Shown here one piece after another: positions 17,710 to 26,624 of a stretch of 39,387 nucleotides of DNA. Position 1 is the stretch's first letter, and each line of letters begins with the position of its first letter. A program made the position numbers and the translations under genes. The notes under the pieces are model-generated. The model did no database searches, had not been told where the DNA came from, and saw only the letters and a list, made by a program, of their open reading frames with translations. This stretch comes from Candidatus Eiseniibacteriota bacterium (lineage in GTDB: Bacteria > Eisenbacteria > RBG-16-71-46 > CAZEPH01), in contig JBGATO010000033.1 in the NCBI GenBank assembly GCA_044229145.1, positions 1 through 39,387 of the forward strand. Reading direction: 5' to 3'.

Positions 17710-18422
17710 TGGCCGACGACCACGCGCGCGGTCCGCACGCCGCTGGTCTCGGTGAGACGCAGGAAGCGGACGCCGCGGGCGGCCTCGTCCGGCGTCCACT
17801 GCACGCGGTGCTGCCCGGCGTCGACCTCGACATCGGCGATCCGCGCGACGCGCCGGCCTCGCGCATCGAATGCCTCCAGTCGCACCTGTCCCGCGCGCGC
17901 CATCGCGAATGTGCACACCACCGTGCCGCCGTCGCGCCGCGCGACGAATTCGTCCCGTGCGGCGGCCGGCGGCGCGATGCCCGCGACCACCTGGCTGTTC
18001 ACCGCGATGAGCGACGAGGTGAAATCGAAGTGCGTCACGTTGAGCACGCGGACCTTGAGCGTCGTCGTGCCCACCTTCAGTCCGTCGAGTTGAAACGTCC
18101 ATCCCGCGACGTTTACTGGGTAGACGGTCGTCGAGTCGGCGATGGTCAGCCACAGCGTGTTGGGGGAATCGGGCGTGAACCGCGTGCTGTCGGTGTGCAG
18201 AAAGCTCGCGGTGACCGGCGTCGTGAGGTGCGCGTACGGCACCGTCAGTGCGCCCGTGACGACGCCTTCCCACACCAGCACGACGTCGATGCCGTCCTGA
18301 TGCAGCACGCAGCCGGCGTAGTCGCCGTGCGCCGGACGGGGTGCGGTGGACCGTGGCGCCGACTCGGCGCGCACGGTGAGGCCAAGCATGCACACCAGCA
18401 CGGCAAAGATGCGCAGGCGCAT
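17706..18422 (-). CDS. Small secreted protein (238 aa) with Ig-like module and C-terminal FlgD-Ig-like/T9SS-type domain; first gene of a three-gene envelope operon
   Basis: Signal peptide MRLRIFAVLVCMLGLTVRAES. C-terminal ...QVRLEAFDARGRRVARIADVEVDAGQHRVQWTPDEAARGVRFLRLTETSGVRTARVVVGQ. Confidence 0.65.
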   Translation of the reverse strand: MRLRIFAVLVCMLGLTVRAESAPRSTAPRPAHGDYAGCVLHQDGIDVVLVWEGVVTGALTVPYAHLTTPVTASFLHTDSTRFTPDSPNTLWLTIADSTTVYPVNVAGWTFQLDGLKVGTTTLKVRVLNVTHFDFTSSLIAVNSQVVAGIAPPAAARDEFVARRDGGTVVCTFAMARAGQVRLEAFDARGRRVARIADVEVDAGQHRVQWTPDEAARGVRFLRLTETSGVRTARVVVGQ

Positions 18423-18543
18423 CGTGGCGATCTCCTCGAGGGGCAGATGGCGAAGGAACGGGAGTGCCGTGCCGCTCGCGAAGCGCTCGCTCGACTCGGC
18501 GGCACGGCGACTCCCTCGACCCGGACTCGCAATTCGGGTCGTC

Positions 18544-19068
18544 CTACCGGTACAAAGCCTTCACAGCTCCCCAACTGCGAAGCTTGACCGGCACTGCATC
18601 GAACGCGAGATCGCCGCAGGCGATGTCGGCGTGGTGGAGAATGGGCAGGATGCGGCCCTTCTGACCGCTCGCCGTGTCCATGTGCGAGGCGGCGTGCAGC
18701 ATTACGTGGTGCACGCCGGCGAGCAGCTCGGCGACTTGCTCCGGCGTGAGCTGCACGGTGCTGGTCTGCGCGCCGTCGCCGTCTGCGTCCGTACACACAG
18801 GTTCGAGGTCGAGCACTTCTGTGGTGTCCATGCTCGCGCAGTCGCCGGTGTGAACGTGAAGAGGCAGACACGCACTCGGGTCGGCTCCGGTGATCGTGAC
18901 GCTGGCGGTGAGCACGTTGTCGTCGCCGATGTGCAACGTGGCGTGACCGGTGAAGAACGGGTAGTCGTCGGACAACAGCGTGACGTTGCTGTCGTAGGAG
19001 GCAGCGGCTGCAACCGAGGCGGACAGCACGAGAGCGGCCGCGGCCGCGAAGGCGGTGACGAAACGCAT
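18544..19068 (-). CDS. Secreted CHRD-domain protein (174 aa)
   Basis: ATG preceded by AAGGAG at -11. Signal peptide MRFVTAFAAAAALVLSASVAAAAS. CHRD-like motifs LHVHTGDC ... VHHVMLHAASH ... GRILPIL (compare HIHxG ... YVNVHT ... GEIRGQI). Confidence 0.55.
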   Translation of the reverse strand: MRFVTAFAAAAALVLSASVAAAASYDSNVTLLSDDYPFFTGHATLHIGDDNVLTASVTITGADPSACLPLHVHTGDCASMDTTEVLDLEPVCTDADGDGAQTSTVQLTPEQVAELLAGVHHVMLHAASHMDTASGQKGRILPILHHADIACGDLAFDAVPVKLRSWGAVKALYR

Positions 19069-19430
19069 GGGGGCTCCTTTTCGCACGGTATGGGACGCCG
19101 CAGGGCGCGCGCGGGCGCGCGTCGACACGCAGCGGCGGACGAGAGACATGCGACGGTGCAGGAGTACACGGCGGTCGTGACGGGACCTCACGCACGGCGC
19201 GGGTGCCTGACGGCACCTCTGGAACGCCCGGGTCGCTGACGACACGCAGCGCGGCGCACACATCCTGTGAGGCGATGTGACGGCGCTCATCCGCCATGCG
19301 AGGTCGACGGTGCCGAACCTACGCGGTGCGCATGCCCTCAGGGCAGCGCCGCAGTCTCGAGGTCGGCACGCAAGGCCTCACGGCAGAACGTGTTTGCACG
19401 AATGTCGCGGGAATCGAGTGGCGAAAGGCG

Positions 19431-19841
19431 CTAGGCGGGAGGAGAGTGCGATGGGGCGAGGAGGTGGAGATCGCGGGTGAACGGCGCCACGTCCGCGACC
19501 ACCGGCAGGCGGTGCGCGGTGGGCGTCAACAGCGCGGCCAGGGAGGTGGCGGCCGAGGTGGCGTCTTGTTCGTCGCGCTCGCGCGAACACAACACGCACA
19601 CCGGCGCCGGCGCAGCCGACCGGACGACGACGCGGTGGCGCCATTGCGGCGTGCCGCCGCGCTCCGCCGCCTCGACGACCTCGTGGGCCTGGCAGAAGCA
19701 ATGGGTCGCCGAGAGTTGCGACGCACCGCGCGGGACCGCCCACGTTCCCGCCATCGACAGCACGTACAGCACGAGTGCCGCCCACGCCACGCAGGGGCGG
19801 GCGGACTGCGTGTGTCGACGTGCCAGCGAGTGCAGCGGCAT
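19431..19841 (-). CDS. Hypothetical small membrane protein (~136 aa) with an N-terminal TM helix and Cys pairs (HCFC ... CVLC)
   Basis: GC3 is ~88% in this frame versus ~78% in the overlapping plus frame. GAGGG lies 10 nt upstream of ATG (MPLHSLARRH...). No homology is recognisable. It lies in an otherwise gene-poor 1.1-kb island. Confidence 0.3.
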   Translation of the reverse strand: MPLHSLARRHTQSARPCVAWAALVLYVLSMAGTWAVPRGASQLSATHCFCQAHEVVEAAERGGTPQWRHRVVVRSAAPAPVCVLCSRERDEQDATSAATSLAALLTPTAHRLPVVADVAPFTRDLHLLAPSHSPPA

Positions 19842-20008
19842 GACGGGAGAACCCTCGGCGGGAAGACGCCTGCGAGCACGGGAATCGTGCAACGCCCCCA
19901 AAGCCTAGGGAGCCCGCGCGCCCCGCTTCAAGGAAATTCCACGCGAGAGCGCTCCTTTTAGACCATCGCGTCCACTGCGAAAGACGAACGGAGGCCGCTC
20001 CCATCGGC

Positions 20009-20058
20009 CTATATAAATAAAAGAAGGGCGACGGTCCGCTGGCGGCCCATCGCCCTTC
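20009..20058 (-). terminator. Rho-independent-type terminator for the minus-strand S8/CHAT transcription unit
   Basis: 9-bp stem GAAGGGCGA...TCGCCCTTC with a 17-nt loop. On the minus strand it is immediately followed by TTTTATTTATATAGG, the most AT-rich 15-mer in the window. Confidence 0.45.
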
Positions 20059-20428
20059 CCGAGGTTCACGGACGACAAAGGATGGCGGGACGGACTGACG
20101 CCCGTACACGCCAGGCAGAACGTCACGTCCAGACGATCCGAAGACCGCCCGGGTCCCGGCCACGATTCCCCACATCGAAGCCGGTACACGCGTCCGCGCC
20201 ATCCTGTGTCGTACCTGAGAGACTACGGCCAGGAGTAGCGCGGACCCGCGGAGTGATACATCGGGCGAGGCCTTTTTTTCATTCGCCGGCGACGGGCCGG
20301 GCCATCTCTGGCGAACCCATGCCGGCAGCGTCACGTGGGGGTGGAGCAGCACTGGCGCCACCGGGCGCCCACGCCGTGGGGCCGCGCTCCGCTGCGTGGT
20401 GGTGCGGTAACCGGAGGCGCCGCGCGAC

Positions 20429-21982
20429 TCAGCGGATGACGACGGCACGGCCGCGCGCGCGCGACACGCCATCGTCGATGATCCAGGTGTAGACACCGCT
20501 CGGCACGAGGCGGTCGCCGGCATCGCGCAGCGGCACCGTGTGCACGCTCGACGTCGCGGCGGACAACAGGCCGAGGCTGCGACGCACCACCGTGCGCCCG
20601 CGCACATCGAGCACGCGGCATTCGGCAGGCGCCGTGCGGTCGCTGGTGATGCGGAAGCGCAAGGCGTCGCGCACCCACGGTCCGGCAATCGCCTCGCAGG
20701 CGAAGCCGTGCGCCTCGGTCTCGTGCCGCTCGCCGGCCACCGCGCTGGTGGCGCCGAACATCGTCAACGCACCGTAGACGTCGAGGCGTCCGCTGCCCAA
20801 CTGCCCGGCGAATGCGGTGTTGCCCGGCAGCGCGTCGACGGCCACCGCGGACTGCTCGATGGCGGCCGCGATTTCGTCGCTGGTGCGGGCGGGAGCGAAC
20901 GCGTGCAGCAATGCCGCGGTGCCGGCGACGAACGGCGCCGCGAACGACGTACCGGCGCCCTGCGCGAAACCGCCGTCGCGATACGCCGAGTAGATCCCAA
21001 GCCCCGGCGCGCAGAGATTGGCACCGCTCGAATAATTGGCGAACGGCGCTTTGACGTCGAGGCTGTCGGTGGCGGTGACCGAGAACGCGTGCGTGCCGCG
21101 TGCCGGGAACTCGAGCACCGGCATCGAGTCGTTCCCCGCCGCCGCGATCACGAAGATGCCCTTCTCGTAGGCTTCCTCGATCGCATCCTCGATGCCTTCC
21201 GACTTGCCGCTCATCCCGAGCGAGAGGTTGATCACCGTCGCCTGCGCGTCGATCGCCTCGTAGAGACCCTTCATGATGGCGAACACCGAACCGATGCCCT
21301 CGTCGTCGAGCACGCGAATCGGCATGAGCGTGGCGGCCGGCGCGATACTGTGCACGATGCCCGCCACCATCGTGCCGTGTCCGGCGCCACCATCGACCTG
21401 TCCGTCCAGATTGTCGTCGAGGCCGTTGGCGTCGTCCTGCGGCGCGTCGTCGCCGTCGATGTAGTCGTGGCCGGGCACCAGCGTGCCGGCGAAGAACGGG
21501 TGCGTGAGATCCGCGCCGGTGTCGAGCAGCGCGACCTTGCTGCCGGTGCCCTGCGTCACCGTCAGCGCCAGCGGCAGACGCACGCGCGTGAACGCGCCTT
21601 GGTCACGCACCAGCGTGCTGTCGCCGATCGCGATCACCACGATTTGCCGCCGCGCCTCCGGCGTCTGATTGGCGAAGTTGTAGTCGCAGTAGCGCGAGTC
21701 GGTATCGCCGTCGAGGTCGACGGTCATGCTGTCCTGCAGCGCCGGCGAGTTGAGATGGAGCAGGTAGAGGCGGCGGCTGGGAATCGAGTCGACCACCGTG
21801 GCGTCCCACGTGGCGAGCAACATGGGGAGTGAACCGCCCGAGGTGAGCCGGATGAGGACTTCGTCGACAGGATAGTCGTCGGCGCCCGAGGCGCGCGCCG
21901 GCGAGGCGGCGGCGAGTCCCAGGAAGGCAAGCACGGGTAGGAGGCGCGCGAGGCCGCGCGCGAGCACGTGTCGTCGGGTCAT
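20429..21982 (-). CDS. Secreted S8 (subtilisin-family) serine peptidase with C-terminal FlgD-Ig-like/T9SS-type domain
   Basis: Start at MTRRHVLARGLARLLPVLAFLGLAAASPARASG, with GAGGAGA 6 nt upstream. The ORF-track start at 22843 is an R/S-rich extension. Catalytic triad in canonical D-H-S order: VALLDTGADLTHP / GHGTMVAGIV / GTSFAAPFVAGTAALL. The C-terminus ends SGVYTWIIDDGVSRARGRAVVIR. Confidence 0.8.
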   Translation of the reverse strand: MTRRHVLARGLARLLPVLAFLGLAAASPARASGADDYPVDEVLIRLTSGGSLPMLLATWDATVVDSIPSRRLYLLHLNSPALQDSMTVDLDGDTDSRYCDYNFANQTPEARRQIVVIAIGDSTLVRDQGAFTRVRLPLALTVTQGTGSKVALLDTGADLTHPFFAGTLVPGHDYIDGDDAPQDDANGLDDNLDGQVDGGAGHGTMVAGIVHSIAPAATLMPIRVLDDEGIGSVFAIMKGLYEAIDAQATVINLSLGMSGKSEGIEDAIEEAYEKGIFVIAAAGNDSMPVLEFPARGTHAFSVTATDSLDVKAPFANYSSGANLCAPGLGIYSAYRDGGFAQGAGTSFAAPFVAGTAALLHAFAPARTSDEIAAAIEQSAVAVDALPGNTAFAGQLGSGRLDVYGALTMFGATSAVAGERHETEAHGFACEAIAGPWVRDALRFRITSDRTAPAECRVLDVRGRTVVRRSLGLLSAATSSVHTVPLRDAGDRLVPSGVYTWIIDDGVSRARGRAVVIR

Positions 21983-22115
21983 GATGGTCTCCTCAGAGAG
22001 TATACCCGACGCGGGTTCGGACCCGACAGCCGCCAGGCGGTCCACTGCGTCAGGTGCACCAGGGGAGAGGACGTGGCGGCGAGGTCGGGTCCCCGCCGGT
22101 CGCGTGCGTGTGCGG

Positions 22116-25027
22116 TCATACGACGGCTCCGGGCGCGCCGAGGAAGCTGAACGGTGCCCAGAAGTACGGGTGCGCGTGGGTGGCGCGCACCGCGAGCGCG
22201 GCGTGGCGCAGCGCATCGTCGGCATCGTCGCCGGCGGCGAGGTGACGGTGGAGGTCGCCGGCCAGCGTCGCCGCCGCCGGGTCGTCCACCGGCCACAGCG
22301 AGACGATGAGCCGCCGCGCGCCGCGCGCCAGGAAGCCGCCCGCCAGCCCGAGCACATCGTCGCCGGCGTAGTGGCGGCCGGCGCCGGTTTCGCAGCCCGA
22401 CAGCACGACGAGCTCCGCGTCCAGCGACAGGCCGAGGATCTCGTACAGCGAGACCCAGCGGTCGGCGAACTTGAGCGCGGAGAACAGGGGATTGTCGTCA
22501 CGGAAGCGTCCGTGGGTGGCCAGGTGCAAGAGCCGCGCCTCCGGCGCGTCGCGCAGGAACGCCTCGGCCGTCCACTGCGGCGCGGTGCGCGGTTTCGCGC
22601 TGCGCCACGCCTCGGCGACGGCGTGCAGCTCGGCGGCGATCTGCGGCGCGTGCCGGTCCGCGGCGCCGCCGATCCATGCATCGCGCCGCCGCGACGCGCG
22701 CCTCTCGCGGAGCGCGGCGAACGCGCTGGCGCTCGGCACCGCGGTGACGCGCTGTGTCTCCCATAGCGCGTGCCCTGCGTGCTCGAACGCGCCGAACGGC
22801 AAGCGATGCAGTGGCCCGTGCGGCACGACGACGAGACGGCCATCCTCCGGCAGCGCGCCGAGCGGGGCGATGAGCGCGTCGAACGCCTCGCCGAGCGGCG
22901 CGCGCGCGCTGGCCGCCAGCCGCGCCGCGTGCGTCGCGAGTGCCGCGCCGCCCAAGCGCACGGTGTCGATTTGGAAGGCGAGACGCGCGGCCAGACGCTC
23001 TGCGTCGTGCAGCGTGCACGGCAACTCGATCAACTCGCGGTGGCGGCGATCCGCGCGCACCGCGTGCAGCCGGTCACGCACCGCGAAGTACTCGATCAGG
23101 ACTTCGCCCTCGTGCAACGTGCGCTGCACCTCGGCGAGCGTCCGCACCGGCGCGCCACCGCGCGCGCGTCCCGACGGCGCTTCCTCGCGGGCACGGCGAT
23201 GCAATGTGCCGACCTCGCGCTCCTGCGCGGCCACCCGCGCGCGCAACGTGCGCAGCTGTTCGGTGGACGGTGCGCTCTCCAATTCCTCGCGTTCGAGCCG
23301 CGCGGTGAACCACGCGAGCTTGCGCGTCGCGGCGGCGAGCGCGCGCGTGCCGCGCGCGGGCGGCTGCGCGGCGTCGTCGAGCAAATCGCCGAGCGCGCGC
23401 GCCCGCGCGCCCTCGATCCACGCGAAGGCCCGTGCAGTCGCGCGCGGCGATCGGCCGCCGTCGAGCACCAACGCGACGGCGCGCTCGGCGGCCTGCGCGC
23501 GGTAGGCGCCGAGCGCGTGCTTGTGTTCTTCGCCAGCGAGCGAGGCGCGGATCGTTTCGGCCAATCCGGTGGCGCGTAGGCACCGAGCGCGTGCTTGTGT
23601 TCTTCGCCGGCGAGCGAGGCGCGGATCGTCTCGGCCAATCCGGTGGCGCGCGTGTACGACGCCAGCGCGCGCGCGGCATCGCCGTCGGCCTCGTGGACGC
23701 GCCCGCGCAGCACCGTGCGCTCGAAGTCGGCGACGCGATCCGGCAGCCGCGCCGCGCCGCGCAGGAGCGCGCGGGCCTCGCGCGTGTCGCCGGCATCGAG
23801 CGCGAGTTCGCCGCGCAAGATGCGCGCGTGCGCGGCGCGCGTCGACAGGCCGCGGGCGCGCAGTGCGGCCTCGGCATCGGCGGCACGCGCGCGCGCGGCG
23901 TCGAAGTCGCCGTCCGCCGCGTCGAGACGCGCCAAGTGCACGTCGAGCGCCGCCACGCGCACGTGATTGCCTTCGGCGTGGAGGAACGTGCGCGCGGATT
24001 CCAACGCCTCGCGTGCCTCCGCGTGTGCGCCGGCGCGCTTGAGCGCCACCCCGAGCAGCGTGCGCGCGAGCGCCGCGTCGTAGCGCATGCCCGCCCGCTC
24101 GAAATGCGTCAGCGCCGCGCGCGCCGCGCGCTCGGCGTCGTCGGTCATGTTGAGACGCAGGTAGATTTCGGCGCGCGTCTGTTCGGCGATCGCCGCGAGC
24201 GACTTGTCTTCGGCGTCGAACACGCGGCCGGCGCGCGCGATGGCCGCGAGCGCATCCTGATAGCGCGACTGCAGCGCGTACACGGTCGCGAGGTCGAACT
24301 CGCCCTGCGCGGCAAGCGACCGCCAGCCCATCTCGCCGGCACGCGCGACGGCGGCGCGCAACAAACGCTCCGCCTGCTCCATCGCGTCGAGATTGGTGGC
24401 GACGACGCCTTCGTTGATCTCGAGGCCGACCACCACCGCGTCGCGGCCGCCGACCGCGGTGAGTTCGCGGCGGGCGCGCGCGTAGTAGCGCTTCGCCTCG
24501 GCATAGCGATCCATCGTGAAGCACAGGTTGCCGAGGTTCATGTAGAGGCGGCCGAGATAGGTGCGTTCGCGGTGACGGCGCAGCACGATCTCGGTGCGGC
24601 GGCCGAGCGCCATCGCTTCGTCGAAACGCGAGAGGTACATGAGCGTCGGGATCTCGCCGACGCTGACGCGCGCGGACTCGAGGTCGTCGCCGGTTTCGGC
24701 GTAGAGCCGCACGGTTTCGCGGTAGGTGTCGAGCGCCTCAGCGTAGCGGCCGAGGAAGAGCAGCGACTCGGCCTGCGCGCGCGAGGCCAGCGCGGCGGCG
24801 CGGCCGTCGCCGACGCGTGACTGCAACTTCGCCATGACGCGGGCCACGCGCAGGGCGCGCCGCGCATCGACGCGCACCAGGCGCTGCACGGCGTCGCCGA
24901 GCGCGCGGAAGGTGGCGAACGTGACCCGTGCCGGAGCGGCCGCGACGCATGCGCGAATGCTCCCCCGCTCGGCGATGCGGAGGAGCGATTCGGCCAGCGT
25001 GTCTGTGGCGGAAGCTCGTCGGGGCAT
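22116..25027 (-). pseudogene. TPR-repeat / CHAT-domain (caspase-like) protein gene, reading frame interrupted by a 74-bp tandem duplication. The N-terminal TPR part lies in frame 23576..25027 and the C-terminal CHAT part in frame 22116..23575.
   Basis: N-terminal TPR-like helical repeats (YAEALDTYRETVRLYAETGD, YAEAKRYYARARREL, ...). C-terminal CHAT core ...LLHLATHGRF...VVLSGCETGAG... holds the His/Cys dyad. The two ORF-track ORFs 23096..25027 and 22116..24524 both translate TRATGLAETIRASLAGEEHKHALGAY across the duplicated unit. Deleting one 74-bp copy restores a single ~945-aa ORF. Confidence 0.6.
23502..23649. repeat. 74-bp tandem duplication (2 copies, 71/74 identical) inside the CHAT gene
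   Basis: Copy 1 (23502..23575): gtaggcgccgagcgcgtgcttgtgttcttcgccagcgagcgaggcgcggatcgtttcggccaatccggtggcgc. Copy 2 (23576..23649) differs at 3 positions (g/a, a/g, t/c). All three differences are synonymous in the CHAT frame. 74 is not a multiple of 3. Confidence 0.8.
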
Positions 25028-25090
25028 GGGGTGTCGGCTCCGCCCGGCGGCGCGGGGTCCGTCGCCGGGCTCAGGGACGTCGCGGAGGCG

Positions 25091-25726
25091 CTAGGGCAGC
25101 TCCAAGCCGGGCAACGTCACCTCGGCGCCGGCGGTGCCGACGACGATGGAGTACCGGCCAGGGCCGACCGCGTCGAAGGAGAATTCGCCGGTGGCGTTCG
25201 ACATCGCATCCCTGCCTGCGCCGCCATCGGGGCACAACCGGACGGGCACTTCCTCGACGTGACCATCGGCGGCGAGGATCTGGCCCATCACATCGTACGC
25301 CGCGCGCGTCGTGCCGCGGCTGATGCGCACCGTGTAGCGGTCGTCGTCCCACTCGTAGACGAGCTGGCGGACCGGCGCGACCGCGGCGCTGCGCACACCG
25401 GCCAATGCCGGTGTCGCGCCGGAGTCGAGCAACAACGAGGCGATACGCGCGGCCACCGCTTCGACCTGGGCCACCACCTCGCGCACCGTGTCGGCGCGGC
25501 GGGCGGCGCGCAGACGGCCGAGCGCCGCCTTCACCGTCGCGGCGGGCACCTCGGTCAGTGCGTCACGGCGCAGCAGGGCGAGGCTGTCCCGCACCCGGGC
25601 CGCCGCCGCGTCGCAATCCGCGCAGCCGGGCGACAGATGCGCCGTCACCGCCGCGTGAACCGCCGCGTCCGCCGTGCCGTCGAGGAACGACACCAACTCG
25701 TCTGCTGTCGGGTGCAACCGGCCCAT
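25091..25726 (-). CDS. Anti-sigma factor, ZAS type (HxxxCxxC zinc motif), with C-terminal carboxypeptidase-regulatory-like beta domain
   Basis: ATG preceded by AGGAGG at -12. The GTG at 25765 given by the ORF track is rejected. AHLSPGCADCD is the ZAS signature. C-terminal GEFSFDAVGPGRYSIVVG. Confidence 0.7.
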   Translation of the reverse strand: MGRLHPTADELVSFLDGTADAAVHAAVTAHLSPGCADCDAAAARVRDSLALLRRDALTEVPAATVKAALGRLRAARRADTVREVVAQVEAVAARIASLLLDSGATPALAGVRSAAVAPVRQLVYEWDDDRYTVRISRGTTRAAYDVMGQILAADGHVEEVPVRLCPDGGAGRDAMSNATGEFSFDAVGPGRYSIVVGTAGAEVTLPGLELP

Positions 25727-25829
25727 GAGCGGGACCTCCTGCCGAATCGGAACGTTGGGGCGCACCGTGCGCCGGAGAAGTGTTGCGCCGCGTCAGCCGG
25801 GTGATACATCGCCGGTTAGCGCCGCCGGG

Positions 25830-26411
25830 TCAGCGCTCGTAGCCGCGCAGTTCGAGCGCCGCGCGCAGCGATTCCAGGCAGCGCGCGCGCGTCGGCCCAA
25901 TCGACCCGATGGGGATGCCGAGCTGCTCCACGACGTCCTGATAGGCGAGCGGGGGATCGGCGATATAGAGCGCCCGCAGCAGGTCGCGGCAGCGCGGCCG
26001 GATGTCGTCGAGCGCTTCGTGCAACAGCTGACCGCGTTGGAGCGCCTCCAGAACGTCTGACGCAAGTGCAGTAACATCAACGACTTCCGAGCCAGTGTCG
26101 GGGTCGTCGAGGGTCACTTCCGGGCGGCGCTTCCGCATGTAATAGAGCGCCTGCCGCCGTGACACGCTGACCAGCCACGGCACCAGCCGCGATACGTCGC
26201 GCAGTGTCCCGAGCTTCTCGTACAGGGCGACCACCGTGAGCTGGAACACCTCGTCCGCGTCGCCGTACGCGCAGCCCGATTTCAAGATGCTGGAATACAA
26301 GAGGTTACCGTAGCGGCGCAGGAACTCGCCCCACGCCGCGTTCTGGCCGTCGAGGCAGGCAGCGACGAGATCTTCCACCGACGACTGTGGGGCGATGGGC
26401 GCGTGGGTCAT
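25830..26411 (-). CDS. ECF (group IV) RNA polymerase sigma-70 factor
   Basis: 193 aa. Region 2 FQLTVVALYEKLGTLRDVSRLVPWLVSVSRRQALYYMRKR. Region 4 ...ALYIADPPLAYQDVVEQLGIPIGSIGPTRARCLESLRAAL is the HTH. It is followed by the anti-sigma gene on the same strand. Confidence 0.85.
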   Translation of the reverse strand: MTHAPIAPQSSVEDLVAACLDGQNAAWGEFLRRYGNLLYSSILKSGCAYGDADEVFQLTVVALYEKLGTLRDVSRLVPWLVSVSRRQALYYMRKRRPEVTLDDPDTGSEVVDVTALASDVLEALQRGQLLHEALDDIRPRCRDLLRALYIADPPLAYQDVVEQLGIPIGSIGPTRARCLESLRAALELRGYER

Positions 26412-26624
26412 GGGACCGGACACTGTCTCCGAAGGCTGACGAATGGCGTCGAGTATCGCAGTCGCCCGGCGCCCGCGGCAATGCTCCAGCCCAACCACCG
26501 GGGCAATCCCCGCCCGCCGGGCGTCGCCCGCGGGGCGAAAGTGCGTGAAACTGGCCCGGCCTTGCGCCAAGATCGGGCGGTTGCCCCGGGGCGGGGCGGC
26601 CACATGGACGGGAGGAGCGAGCGG

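Noticed and set aside
19378-20688. 436-aa minus-strand ORF, plus 19296..19961 (+) and 19905..20189 (-), spanning the gene-poor island
   Set aside because: They overlap the 3' end of the S8 gene or read straight through the hairpin/AT-rich terminator. The composition is R/A/P-rich. Only the 19431..19841 sub-ORF has coding-like GC3 and was kept at low confidence.
23502-23649. Possibility that the 74-bp repeats are a CRISPR array or minisatellite
   Set aside because: There are only two copies, directly abutting with no spacer, inside a coding frame. This is a simple tandem duplication.
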